Shown here piece by piece: positions 1 through 8,527 of a stretch of 32,000 nucleotides of DNA; the first letter of the stretch is position 1, and each line of letters starts with the position of its first letter. The stretch lies in the NCBI RefSeq assembly GCF_000018465.1, contig NC_010085.1, forward strand, positions 1,410,001 through 1,442,000. The letters run 5' to 3'. The translations under genes were made by a program, and so were the position numbers. Source of the stretch: Nitrosopumilus maritimus SCM1. GTDB lineage: Archaea > Thermoproteota > Nitrososphaeria > Nitrososphaerales > Nitrosopumilaceae. A model generated the notes under the pieces. The model saw only the letters and a program-made list of their open reading frames with translations, was not told where the DNA came from and made no database searches.

Positions 1-627
1 GGGTTTTGTATAATTTCGTATAATTTCATTTTCGTCAATATATGCAAAAAAAGTTGAATTGGTTAGAATAATTCCTTGTCCATCAGGATCAAGCATAAGA
101 GGATGATTAAGTTCATCTCTAGCAAGAGAATGTTGTATGTCGGGGTTTGAAAAATCAACTCCAGTGTCTATAATTGCAATTACAGTTCCATTTCCTGATG
201 CATTGTAATTGAGTTGTGCATTTTTTGATCCAGTGATTTCGCCAATTCGTGTAGCATCAACTATTTCATTATCAGATGAATGAAAATCTAATTTAGAATC
301 TTCAATTATGTGAATTCCTTGGCTTGCCAATAATGAAGCTGATTTTTCAGATAAAAGTGAAACATAAAAAAATCCATGATCAGATTTTATTCCATATATT
401 GAATTATTTTCTAAGTAATCATAATTTTGAGTGTTTGTTCCAAAAATCAAATAACGTTTAAAATGATTTTCTACAAAAAAATTTGAATCAACATCAATTA
501 TTTGAGAAGTAAATTCAATCGTTTGGGAATTATCTTGTAGGTATACATCATCACCAGTAAATGCATACGAATTTGCCAAAAAACTAGATAAAAGAAGGAT
601 TGAAAAGAAAATAGCCGCCTTGGGCAT
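1..627 (-). CDS. Secreted subtilisin-like serine protease (peptidase S8), N-terminal part; the C-terminus lies beyond the window edge
   Basis: Absent from the ORF track because it runs off the edge. Manual minus-strand translation from ATG 627..625 gives 209 codons with no stop. It shows a signal peptide (MPKAAIFFSILLLSSFLANSYA), a propeptide-like stretch (SLLSEKSASLLASQGIHIIEDSKLDFH) and the subtilase catalytic-Asp motif (GNGTVIAIIDTGVDFSNPDI). Confidence 0.8.
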   Translation of the reverse strand, partial: MPKAAIFFSILLLSSFLANSYAFTGDDVYLQDNSQTIEFTSQIIDVDSNFFVENHFKRYLIFGTNTQNYDYLENNSIYGIKSDHGFFYVSLLSEKSASLLASQGIHIIEDSKLDFHSSDNEIVDATRIGEITGSKNAQLNYNASGNGTVIAIIDTGVDFSNPDIQHSLARDELNHPLMLDPDGQGIILTNSTFFAYIDENEIIRNYTKP

Positions 628-658
628 CAAATAATTTTTGCATCTAACATTATTATAA

Positions 659-1663
659 CTATCTTCTTCGTGCCAAAATTGCAATCTGTAATGCAACTAT
701 GATTCCAATAGATGCTATGATTGGAAACAATAATGAGTTTAATTGTGATGAGGCCTCACTGATAAATTCTACAGAGGTAGAAATGGTACCAGTACTTTCA
801 TCAATTTTACTACTTGCAGTTTCCAGAGTGTTATCAAATCCTTCAATTTCAGATTTTAAAACATCCAGTTCTTTTGATGTATCATCTAAAATTGTATTTA
901 GACGAATTATTTGTTCAGATATTCCACCCAAATCCTGACTTAAGACATTTGTTGCAGCAGAACCGTGAGATGTAGTTCCCTGGCTAAATGCTATAACGTG
1001 AAAGACATGAGTACCTTCTTCAATCGGAGTGTAATCTACATAGTATAATCCTTGATGGAGAGCTTTGAATGAACTAGTTAATGTTACAGTCATACCTGAA
1101 GGTAAATGAACATGTGTGTTTCCCAATAATTCTTTGATTCCTGCTTCATTTCCTATCAACAATCCATCGCTTGTTGTTTGTACAAATACTCGAATTGGCT
1201 GGTTTATTGCAGCAGTTTCAGGTGCAAAAACTAGTGTATTGACATGTCTTTCAACAGGGACATCAACAAGATCAGTGGTGGACGAAAATTTTACATCAAT
1301 TGTTTTGGAAATTCCATTTTGTGCAGTACTAATTACTTCAACAGTGTATGTGCCGTAAGGTAAGTTGGATGAAGGTTGCGGCCATGTCAATAAAGAATGA
1401 TTGTAAGAACCATCAGCATTAGTAGTTAATTGATCAAATTTTGCAATTGTTTCATCAGGTGCAAATAATCTTAAAATTAAATTTTCTTCAGGCAAACCAG
1501 TTCCATATATTTGAAGATTGTGAGATGGTGCATAGACTTTACTATTTGTATACAAACTTAGCCCTACAAATTCATCATCTGTTGTATCAAATTGGGCATA
1601 AGAATTAGGAATTTGAATTATTAGTAATATAGTAAAAAATAGAAACAAAATATTTAATTTCAT
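659..1663 (-). CDS. Cell-surface protein with signal peptide, two beta-rich domains, a coiled-coil-like stalk and a C-terminal TM anchor (SlaB-like architecture)
   Basis: 334-aa ORF. N-terminal signal peptide MKLNILFLFFTILLIIQIPNSYA. Beta-rich segments at about aa 35-125 (YGTYTVEVIS) and 135-230. Polar helical stretch at about aa 245-310 (ISEQIIRLNTILDDTSKELDVLKSEIEGFDNTLETASSKIDES). C-terminal LLFPIIASIGIIVALQIAILARRR. I recognise no named family. Confidence 0.8.
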   Translation of the reverse strand: MKLNILFLFFTILLIIQIPNSYAQFDTTDDEFVGLSLYTNSKVYAPSHNLQIYGTGLPEENLILRLFAPDETIAKFDQLTTNADGSYNHSLLTWPQPSSNLPYGTYTVEVISTAQNGISKTIDVKFSSTTDLVDVPVERHVNTLVFAPETAAINQPIRVFVQTTSDGLLIGNEAGIKELLGNTHVHLPSGMTVTLTSSFKALHQGLYYVDYTPIEEGTHVFHVIAFSQGTTSHGSAATNVLSQDLGGISEQIIRLNTILDDTSKELDVLKSEIEGFDNTLETASSKIDESTGTISTSVEFISEASSQLNSLLFPIIASIGIIVALQIAILARRR

Positions 1664-1737
1664 TTTAATTAATTGCAGAACTTCTCCTAGATATTACTTC
1701 TGGAAAAATTGTCTATAACTTTCGTTAAGAGGGATTC

Positions 1738-1752
1738 AAAAAAAAGAAAAAA
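1738..1752 (-). terminator. Oligo-T tract (archaeal-type terminator signal) just after the large surface-protein gene
   Basis: The sense (minus) strand reads CCTTTTTTTCTTTTTTTTG about 25-40 nt after the stop codon at 1775..1777. Archaeal RNA polymerase terminates at T-runs. Confidence 0.4.
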
Positions 1753-1774
1753 AGGATAGTGTGAACTAGTTTTT

Positions 1775-4700
1775 CTAACTTACGTTGACAGTTGTACTAA
1801 CTGGTGGTGATAATGCCGTAGGATTATCAACAGACTCCCAAACGAATGCAGTAGCAGTGTATGTTCCTGCTTCAGTTGGAATCCATGATAAAGCTGGGCT
1901 GAATGATTGACCGCTAGATAGTGAACCTGTAATCCATGCTAGTGAGACTGTAACACCGTTTGCATCCTGAATCTGTACCAAGTATGCAAATGATTGCTCT
2001 CTATCCTGACCATTTGCTAAGTCAGCGCTGATTTGTACCTGTTGGTCAACGGAAACAGAATCTAAGCTGTTACCGAATGCGTCAACGGTTCTCAAGTTAG
2101 CAGCTGGTGCTCTCTCGAGAGGTGGTACTACAGTGCCAATTAGTGAAGTGGCAGTAATATCAAGTTCATCTGCAGTTGTGTATGGATCAGGTAGTGTATT
2201 GTCCTCATATTCTGCAGTGACTGTGTCACCTTCTGAAACTCTGAGTCTGTGACCAGATGATTCATCAAGGGTTGTGAAGAACACAGTTCCCTCAAAGATT
2301 CCGGTTGCCTCATTAGTCTCAGTTACAGTAAGATCAATACCTCCGGCATCGGAGTCAGACCATACGTCGACTTCGAAGTTGTCGACTGCTTCTGGATCTA
2401 AGTTCATGTCTGGATCAATTACTCTTACAACACCTGTTCCGCTAGCTGGATAGCTTGCCTCAAGCCATTGGACTTCACCGATGTTCCATCTAATGAGGGC
2501 AGAACCTACAATTGTCTCATCTTCAGAGAATTCGAAGGAGACAGTAAGTCCGTCATCATCGTCAGTGGCCAAGAGACCATCTGTTGGACCGCTACCAGAA
2601 GTGGTACCGGTTGCATCGCCAGTATTTCCATCACCATCAGCATCATGGGCAGTAAATCCTGTGAGGATTACTTCACCAGTAAAGATACCTGTGTCAGTAC
2701 CAGTCTCGACGAGTTTGTAGTTGTCAAGATCAAATCCTCTGGTAGAGACCTTAATTGGGTCACTGTCAGTTTCTCCGATTTCGTCAACTAGGTCACTGTC
2801 AAAGTTGTGATCTGGTGCGACAATAGTGATGTATACTTTGTCAGTCCAAGAGTATACTTTTTGGTCAAGTTCTACAGTTGCTCCGAAGTTTGAAGTGTAG
2901 ATTGTCAAGTTGACATCTTCATCTTCATCTCCTACATAATCAGATCCGGATGGACCCCAGTCAGTATACTCTAGGATGATTTCCTCACCTCTTTCTAATT
3001 TGTCATTAGAAAGTGATTCTGGAATTTCGATGACGATCTGGAAGATACCAGTAGAGTCACCTGTTTCTCTAAAGTCAGTTGGTTCTGGGTCAAATGCAGC
3101 TGCTGCGCCGGTTACACCTTTGTTACCCATGGTAGTGGTGGCGGCATCAGAGTCCCATTCGATCAAGTCCAAGTCATAGGTCTCAGCACTGTCATTGTCA
3201 AGATCAAAGTCTGGCTCAATGAGTGTTAAGATCATGTCTGAACCGATAATGTATACGGATTTGTCAGATTGTAATACACCGTTTCTTAGGTCAAATGTTG
3301 CAGAATCAGTAACAGTATTTGCATCACCAGATGCGTCAGCTGGATCAGTGTATTCTACTTGGAGAATATCTCCTTGTAAGATACAGTATTCTTGACCAGA
3401 TGCTGCACCGTCGTCAAATCTGTTAGTGTCAGCCTTACCAGTAGTACCGTCTAATGCGGTATAGAGGGTGTCATGGCTGTTACATTGTGCTGATGCTGGA
3501 CCGTCAGTGAATTTGATGTTTACATCCAGTTCGAAAATACCTGCATCTGGTGCGATTTCGTCCATTTCACCGAAGCTTCTGATGTTTGAGATGGTTCCAT
3601 TGTTACCACCAACATCAATCTTTCCGGTTCTTTCAGAAGCGCCTGCATAGCCGAGAACTACACTATCAGAACCTCTGATAACAGAGATTTTGAGTGCATT
3701 ATCTTGGTCCATTGCATCTTCACCAGCTGGGTTTTCATCAAAGTCTGGATCGTTAATTCTGACGTGGATAGTTAGATCTCCTGTAGGTAATTCTTCAGTG
3801 GAATCAATAGTACTAGTGATTCCAGTTGCGTGAATTGGGAATACTGATCTTCCATTTGGTGCTGCGTTAGCGGCTTTTGAAGAATCTGCTATTGTACCAA
3901 ATGGTACTGGATAGACAGTTCTATCAAGGCTAACGGAACCGGTGTTTGCTCTAACACCTGCTGAGTCGCCGACTTCGACGATTTCACCAGATGCATCTCT
4001 GAAGTCAACATAGTTAACTTCGATATCGAGTCCGGTTGTTGTTTCTTCGTCACCTGCGTAGGTATATGGTGTTGTTGTAGTGTCAGAGACTCTACACCAA
4101 AATGATGGGATTTGGAAATCACCAACAAATACACCAGTTGCTGCGCCGGTTTCAACTAGAGTGAATCCAGTTGCTCCAAGTCCGGTATCAGTAATTCCTG
4201 CATTGCTAAGTTCAGTGGAACATGTGTCACTGTCATTACCAGTTGCAGTATTGTTTGCACCGTCAGGAGTTGACCAGATAACATCATCAAATGTAACATC
4301 TAATAATCTACCGAGTTCACCAAAGCTCAAAGATTGAGTTGTGGCAGAACCAACGGCGTCATCTGTTGCTTTTGAATTATCAGAAACAACAGTAAAGATG
4401 TCAATAAGATCAGAATCTACGTTAAGATCTAAGTCTTCTACAGTTATTACTACAGTGTCAGCAATCTTGTATGAATCAGCGTTTAGAGATACAACACCAG
4501 AGTGGCTTGGAGCCTCTTCTTGGTCAGATACAGGAGTTGTTACACCATCTGCACCTAAGTCATTATAGTTGACTCTTGGTGCATCTTCGTCAGTAAGATC
4601 CTCAATTACAATGAATGATGGATCATCTGCGATTGGTGTGATACCACTAAAGGTACCAGCATCCTGTATGTTAATTTGGTTAACCATGACATACTCAAGT

Positions 4701-6979
4701 GAACCTTCAAAGGTACTTGTGTTATCACCTGTTTCTTCAGCTTCAATTCTGATTATTTGGTTTGCAAATCTTTCAGAAGATTGCACACCATCATCAGTGA
4801 AACCAAATGAGAAGAAGTCCATGACGATTACTTCTTTGGCGGCGAGGTCGCCGACACCTGTGAAGTACATTGCAAATCCGATGTTTACGTTACTATCAGT
4901 ATTGGTAGATCCGTAAACTGCATCAGATACTGCATTGGTCAAATCAACGTAAGCCTGTGAATTAGTTGAATTGCTGACTAACAATATTGCATTGTTTTTG
5001 TCAACATTTCTTGTATCGTTGTTAACCCATGGGAGAATATTTCCTGTGGTGTTAAGCAATGCGATACTTACTGTATCTGCACCTAATGATCTAACATCAT
5101 AGTTAAAGAAGTTAAAACCGACTGCGGTGTTATCTTCATCAACTACAGTTTCTTTTAGGGTTTCCAATGTTGCACTACCGAGATCAATGATTGCAAAGTC
5201 AACATCAAAGTTTGCTGAACTATTGGCAGTCTGTGCAGAGATTAATCTCTTACTGAATGTATCAATAGATTCAGTTGAAGTGATGTTGGTTGCGCTGGAA
5301 AATCTAGTTACATTGATGTTGAGTGTAAAGTTACCTACTTGACCTGCTGAGGTGTTGTTTATTGCACCTGTATCAAAGATGCTATCATCACCATTTGTAC
5401 CATTGGTAAAGATCAAGCTAGGGGTTCCACCCTCATCGATAGTAAATGGATCACCAGTACGGAGTGCTGGAATCAGGGTTACGTCTGGGTTGTTTAAGTC
5501 TAAGTCTTCATCTGCTCTGCTGTTTTTGTTTTGATCAGCATCAACGATGACTACTGGAATCTCTTGTCCAGAGGTCCATTCATCAGTCACTGGCTGAATA
5601 TCAATACTAGCAAAGGAGAATCCTACAAGGATAGTTTGAGGTGTTTCATTGTAATCGAGTGATGCAGAGGTTCCCCTCTTTGCATTATCTGTAATCTTTA
5701 GTACTGACTTGTCAGACTCGTCATAAGTACCAAAGACACCACTGTTTGGACCTTGTTCGGTGATGGTAACTGGGATGGAACCTGTACCTAACTTGGCTGT
5801 CTCTGTTGAAATACCAAATGCAGATGCATTATTTGCATTAGTATTTGAAGAGGCATTAAGTTGGGTAAGGATTGAATCGCCGTTATCCTGAATTGTCACA
5901 ACTGGTGTGCCAGAGCTTTGTGCATCGACATCTAATGTTAATACACAATTGTCCTCACACATCAAGCTGGACAATGTTGTTCTCAGGGTTAATGCGCTTC
6001 CACCGGAAGCACCGTTTTCATCGAATACTTGGTAAAATGTATCAACGTTGAAGGATGATGTAGTATTCTTCGTGTTGGTAGCAAATGTCCAAGAGTCTTC
6101 ATCAGTTGGGTCAATGTTTAACCATAAGTCAGTAATTGTTGCGTGAACTTGTGATACTCTTGGGAATACAGTTCTATCTAAACTCAATTCGGCAAATTGA
6201 TCAACAGTATCAAAAGTAAGTGTTGTTGATTGAACACCACCACCTTTGTTGTACTGTACGACAACGTTACCTGTTGGGTTTAATTCATAGAGCTGAATGA
6301 AAGGCCAGTTTGGACCGCTATTAGCTGTACCATTTTTTAGACCGATTTGGCCTACACTGACACTACCAGATGCTGCTACAGGATCTTTGGCTTCTCTTAC
6401 AACGTTAATTGTACCATTAGCAGTTGATGCATCAAGTGTATTTGCTGCACATGTGGTAGTAATTGCACCACCACTGCTGCTACCGGTTTGTGTACCGTTA
6501 CCAGTTGCTGTTGCATTTGCAATAGTAATTGGAATTGCGATACCATCTGTTTCAGTTGTTGAGAATCCTAAGGCTGCTGTACCAGATGATGATGCACAAA
6601 AGACACCAAAGTCCAATCCAGAATCTGCTGTTGTAGCAGTAGAGTCTGCAATTTGGGCTTGGTCTCTGTCTGCAAAGTAACCATACCAGTTACCATCAAC
6701 TGCTTGGACCATTCTCAGGACCTTACCGTTAACGGTTACGTCTGGTTCACCTTTTGCCTCATCTGTATCATTGATGTCACTATCAATTACGACGACCTCA
6801 ATTACTTGAGGTCCTGACATGTAGTTATCAAACTGTGAGTTTTCTGCGGAAACAAATAGGTTGGCGTTGGCGGCCATTGCTTCAGGCATTACACCTGGAA
6901 TTGCAAAGGTAAGTCCACCTGCAACCATAATTGTCATTAATGTAAGACTAGTTATTTTACGTCCTATTTCGTTATTCAT
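1775..6979 (-). CDS. Giant acidic secreted multi-domain protein, probable S-layer protein
   Basis: 1734-aa ORF. Signal peptide (h-region LTLMTIMVAGGLTFAI, then PEAMA/ANANLF). D, E, T, S and G dominate and K/R are rare. At least 20 N-x-S/T sequons by eye. Eight Cys in local pairs. A repeated beta-sandwich-type module recurs with the motifs SLDRTVY / hhhThxDxDxNxDxxxxD / ETGxxTGhFxG / GDxhxhxYxD. No C-terminal hydrophobic anchor. It has the longest upstream region in the window. It fits my unverified recollection of the acidic Ig-like-domain S-layer protein described for Nitrosopumilus maritimus. Confidence 0.75.
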   Translation of the reverse strand: MNNEIGRKITSLTLMTIMVAGGLTFAIPGVMPEAMAANANLFVSAENSQFDNYMSGPQVIEVVVIDSDINDTDEAKGEPDVTVNGKVLRMVQAVDGNWYGYFADRDQAQIADSTATTADSGLDFGVFCASSSGTAALGFSTTETDGIAIPITIANATATGNGTQTGSSSGGAITTTCAANTLDASTANGTINVVREAKDPVAASGSVSVGQIGLKNGTANSGPNWPFIQLYELNPTGNVVVQYNKGGGVQSTTLTFDTVDQFAELSLDRTVFPRVSQVHATITDLWLNIDPTDEDSWTFATNTKNTTSSFNVDTFYQVFDENGASGGSALTLRTTLSSLMCEDNCVLTLDVDAQSSGTPVVTIQDNGDSILTQLNASSNTNANNASAFGISTETAKLGTGSIPVTITEQGPNSGVFGTYDESDKSVLKITDNAKRGTSASLDYNETPQTILVGFSFASIDIQPVTDEWTSGQEIPVVIVDADQNKNSRADEDLDLNNPDVTLIPALRTGDPFTIDEGGTPSLIFTNGTNGDDSIFDTGAINNTSAGQVGNFTLNINVTRFSSATNITSTESIDTFSKRLISAQTANSSANFDVDFAIIDLGSATLETLKETVVDEDNTAVGFNFFNYDVRSLGADTVSIALLNTTGNILPWVNNDTRNVDKNNAILLVSNSTNSQAYVDLTNAVSDAVYGSTNTDSNVNIGFAMYFTGVGDLAAKEVIVMDFFSFGFTDDGVQSSERFANQIIRIEAEETGDNTSTFEGSLEYVMVNQINIQDAGTFSGITPIADDPSFIVIEDLTDEDAPRVNYNDLGADGVTTPVSDQEEAPSHSGVVSLNADSYKIADTVVITVEDLDLNVDSDLIDIFTVVSDNSKATDDAVGSATTQSLSFGELGRLLDVTFDDVIWSTPDGANNTATGNDSDTCSTELSNAGITDTGLGATGFTLVETGAATGVFVGDFQIPSFWCRVSDTTTTPYTYAGDEETTTGLDIEVNYVDFRDASGEIVEVGDSAGVRANTGSVSLDRTVYPVPFGTIADSSKAANAAPNGRSVFPIHATGITSTIDSTEELPTGDLTIHVRINDPDFDENPAGEDAMDQDNALKISVIRGSDSVVLGYAGASERTGKIDVGGNNGTISNIRSFGEMDEIAPDAGIFELDVNIKFTDGPASAQCNSHDTLYTALDGTTGKADTNRFDDGAASGQEYCILQGDILQVEYTDPADASGDANTVTDSATFDLRNGVLQSDKSVYIIGSDMILTLIEPDFDLDNDSAETYDLDLIEWDSDAATTTMGNKGVTGAAAAFDPEPTDFRETGDSTGIFQIVIEIPESLSNDKLERGEEIILEYTDWGPSGSDYVGDEDEDVNLTIYTSNFGATVELDQKVYSWTDKVYITIVAPDHNFDSDLVDEIGETDSDPIKVSTRGFDLDNYKLVETGTDTGIFTGEVILTGFTAHDADGDGNTGDATGTTSGSGPTDGLLATDDDDGLTVSFEFSEDETIVGSALIRWNIGEVQWLEASYPASGTGVVRVIDPDMNLDPEAVDNFEVDVWSDSDAGGIDLTVTETNEATGIFEGTVFFTTLDESSGHRLRVSEGDTVTAEYEDNTLPDPYTTADELDITATSLIGTVVPPLERAPAANLRTVDAFGNSLDSVSVDQQVQISADLANGQDREQSFAYLVQIQDANGVTVSLAWITGSLSSGQSFSPALSWIPTEAGTYTATAFVWESVDNPTALSPPVSTTVNVS

Positions 6980-7007
6980 GTTATTGTAATTTTTTCTTCA
7001 AAGTTAG

Positions 7008-7014
7008 TATTTAA
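7008..7014 (-). promoter_or_regulatory. Candidate TATA box of the S-layer gene
   Basis: The sense strand reads GGTTAAATACTAAC. The TTAAATA core is centred about 32 nt upstream of ATG 6979, inside a 216-bp AT-rich non-coding region. Confidence 0.35.
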
Positions 7015-7195
7015 CCGTAATGGACGAATTGTCCACAATTTTCCAAAAAATTGAAATTATTTTATTGATTTTTGATTATTGGTATAATTTCTATATTATT
7101 TGATTATAAAAATCATACTTTATTCCTAAAATATAATTATGATCGTTATATTTTTCAAAATTTTTACGTTATTCATGAAATTTTTATAACATATT

Positions 7196-8527
7196 TTATG
7201 CCTTGATCTCTTTACCTAAGAGGCAATTATACAAAGAAATTGCATCATCCTCATCTTTTGGTCCAACAACTACTGCAGACCCCTTTTTCATAAAACTTAC
7301 AGACAAATCATTTGTTCGCATTGACAACCCCAAGTCACCCTGGTTATCTACAAGAAATCCTTTTTGTTTTGCAATGTTAGTAACTGCATCAACATCAAGT
7401 TCAAAAGTATCAGTTGGAGTAATAGAGTAAGTTCTCTTTCCTCTATTTCTTCCACACAATTCTTCTAAAATTAATTCTTCTTTTTGTACAACTTCAAGTT
7501 TCCCTGTTCCACAAATTGGACATTCGTCAGCTCTGAATGTTCTAGTACTATTGAAATCAAGACTTTCTAAATCAATATGTAAAATTCTTTCAGATAGATT
7601 TGGTTTTTTTCCAAGAATTATTTTTACAGCTTCTGCAACTTCAATTGCACCAACAATAGAAAGTATAGGGGGGTGAACACCTTCAATACTACATGTTGGC
7701 ATTGTATCTTCGTTTAATTCAGGAAACATGCAAAAGTAACATGCGCTTTCTTTTGGCAATACAGTAAATGCTTGTCCAGATGTTCCAACTGCAGCGCCAG
7801 TAACAAATGGAATATTGTATTTTACACATGCTTTGTTTAGTGCATATCTAGCATTAACACTATCAAGTGCATCAATTACAACATCACATCCTTCAACAAC
7901 TTCTAATGCAGTATAATCATTTATTGAAACAGCTAGAGCTTCAATTTTACAATCAGGGTTTAGTTTCTGTAATTTTTTTGCAGCTACTTCTACTTTAACC
8001 TGACCAACATCGTCTTCATCAAACATTATTTGTCTATGTAAGTTTGATAGTTCAATTACATCCCTATCAATAATTCGTAAATTTCCAACTCCCATTGTAG
8101 CTAGTCTAGAAATTATTGGATGTCCTAAACCTCCAGTTCCAACAACACACACTTTAGCATTTTTTAATTTTAATTGTCCACCATATCCAATCTCTTCAAG
8201 CATAACTTGTCTTGAAAATTTGTCAAGTTCTTTTGGAGAAAGTTCTTCAGAGCCACCAGCAACTGCAGGTAAAATATAGATTTCATCTCCATCTTTTAGA
8301 GCAGTTTCCATTCCAGAAGAAAATTTAGCATTTTTACCATTAATGTAAATATTAATCAATGAACGAGGAGTTCCATCACCTTCCAACACGCGTCTCTTAA
8401 AATCATCACCCATTTGTTCAGAGATTTTTGTAAATACATCTTGTAAGGAATCAGCTGGAATCTCTATCTTTTTTTCTCCTCCACCGTGATTTAACACAGA
8501 TGGAATTGTAAATGTGATATTTGCCAT
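7196..8527 (-). CDS. Fusion protein: N-terminal MoaD/ThiS-like beta-grasp domain (ends in GG) + ThiF/MoeB/UBA-type E1-like adenylyltransferase + uncharacterised C-terminal domain
   Basis: 443 aa. Residues 1-92 end in DGDEIYILPAVAGG, a MoaD-type tail (GG codons at 8252..8257). The E1 Rossmann motif is KVCVVGTGGLGHPIISRLATMGVGNLRIIDRDVIELSNLHRQ. Two CxxC pairs are present (CYFC, CPIC) plus a candidate catalytic Cys (MPTCSIEG). About 90 further residues show no rhodanese signature. Confidence 0.85.
   Translation of the reverse strand: MANITFTIPSVLNHGGGEKKIEIPADSLQDVFTKISEQMGDDFKRRVLEGDGTPRSLINIYINGKNAKFSSGMETALKDGDEIYILPAVAGGSEELSPKELDKFSRQVMLEEIGYGGQLKLKNAKVCVVGTGGLGHPIISRLATMGVGNLRIIDRDVIELSNLHRQIMFDEDDVGQVKVEVAAKKLQKLNPDCKIEALAVSINDYTALEVVEGCDVVIDALDSVNARYALNKACVKYNIPFVTGAAVGTSGQAFTVLPKESACYFCMFPELNEDTMPTCSIEGVHPPILSIVGAIEVAEAVKIILGKKPNLSERILHIDLESLDFNSTRTFRADECPICGTGKLEVVQKEELILEELCGRNRGKRTYSITPTDTFELDVDAVTNIAKQKGFLVDNQGDLGLSMRTNDLSVSFMKKGSAVVVGPKDEDDAISLYNCLLGKEIKA

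Noticed and set aside
2468-6680. About a dozen 60-127-aa plus-strand ORFs listed in the track inside the 1775..6979 gene
   Set aside because: All lie antisense to a 5.2-kb ORF with clear protein features. Their translations are low-complexity (S/P/V/A-rich) with no motifs. The relatively GC-rich, stop-poor antisense frame of a D/T/G/S-rich gene produces such ORFs by chance.
1775-6979. Visibly higher G+C and different codon use in the large surface-protein gene compared with its neighbours, as a possible sign of horizontal transfer
   Set aside because: The amino-acid composition (Gly, Ala, Thr, Asp, Val codons) and probable very high expression explain the shift. No flanking integrase, tRNA-edge insertion or direct repeats are visible.
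7196-8527. The Ubl-E1 fusion as a eukaryote-like ubiquitylation system
   Set aside because: No E2, RING/E3 or JAMM deubiquitinase genes are nearby. The beta-grasp domain has a MoaD-type tail. The linked gene is a PLP enzyme, which points to sulfur-carrier chemistry or SAMP-type use rather than a ubiquitin cascade.
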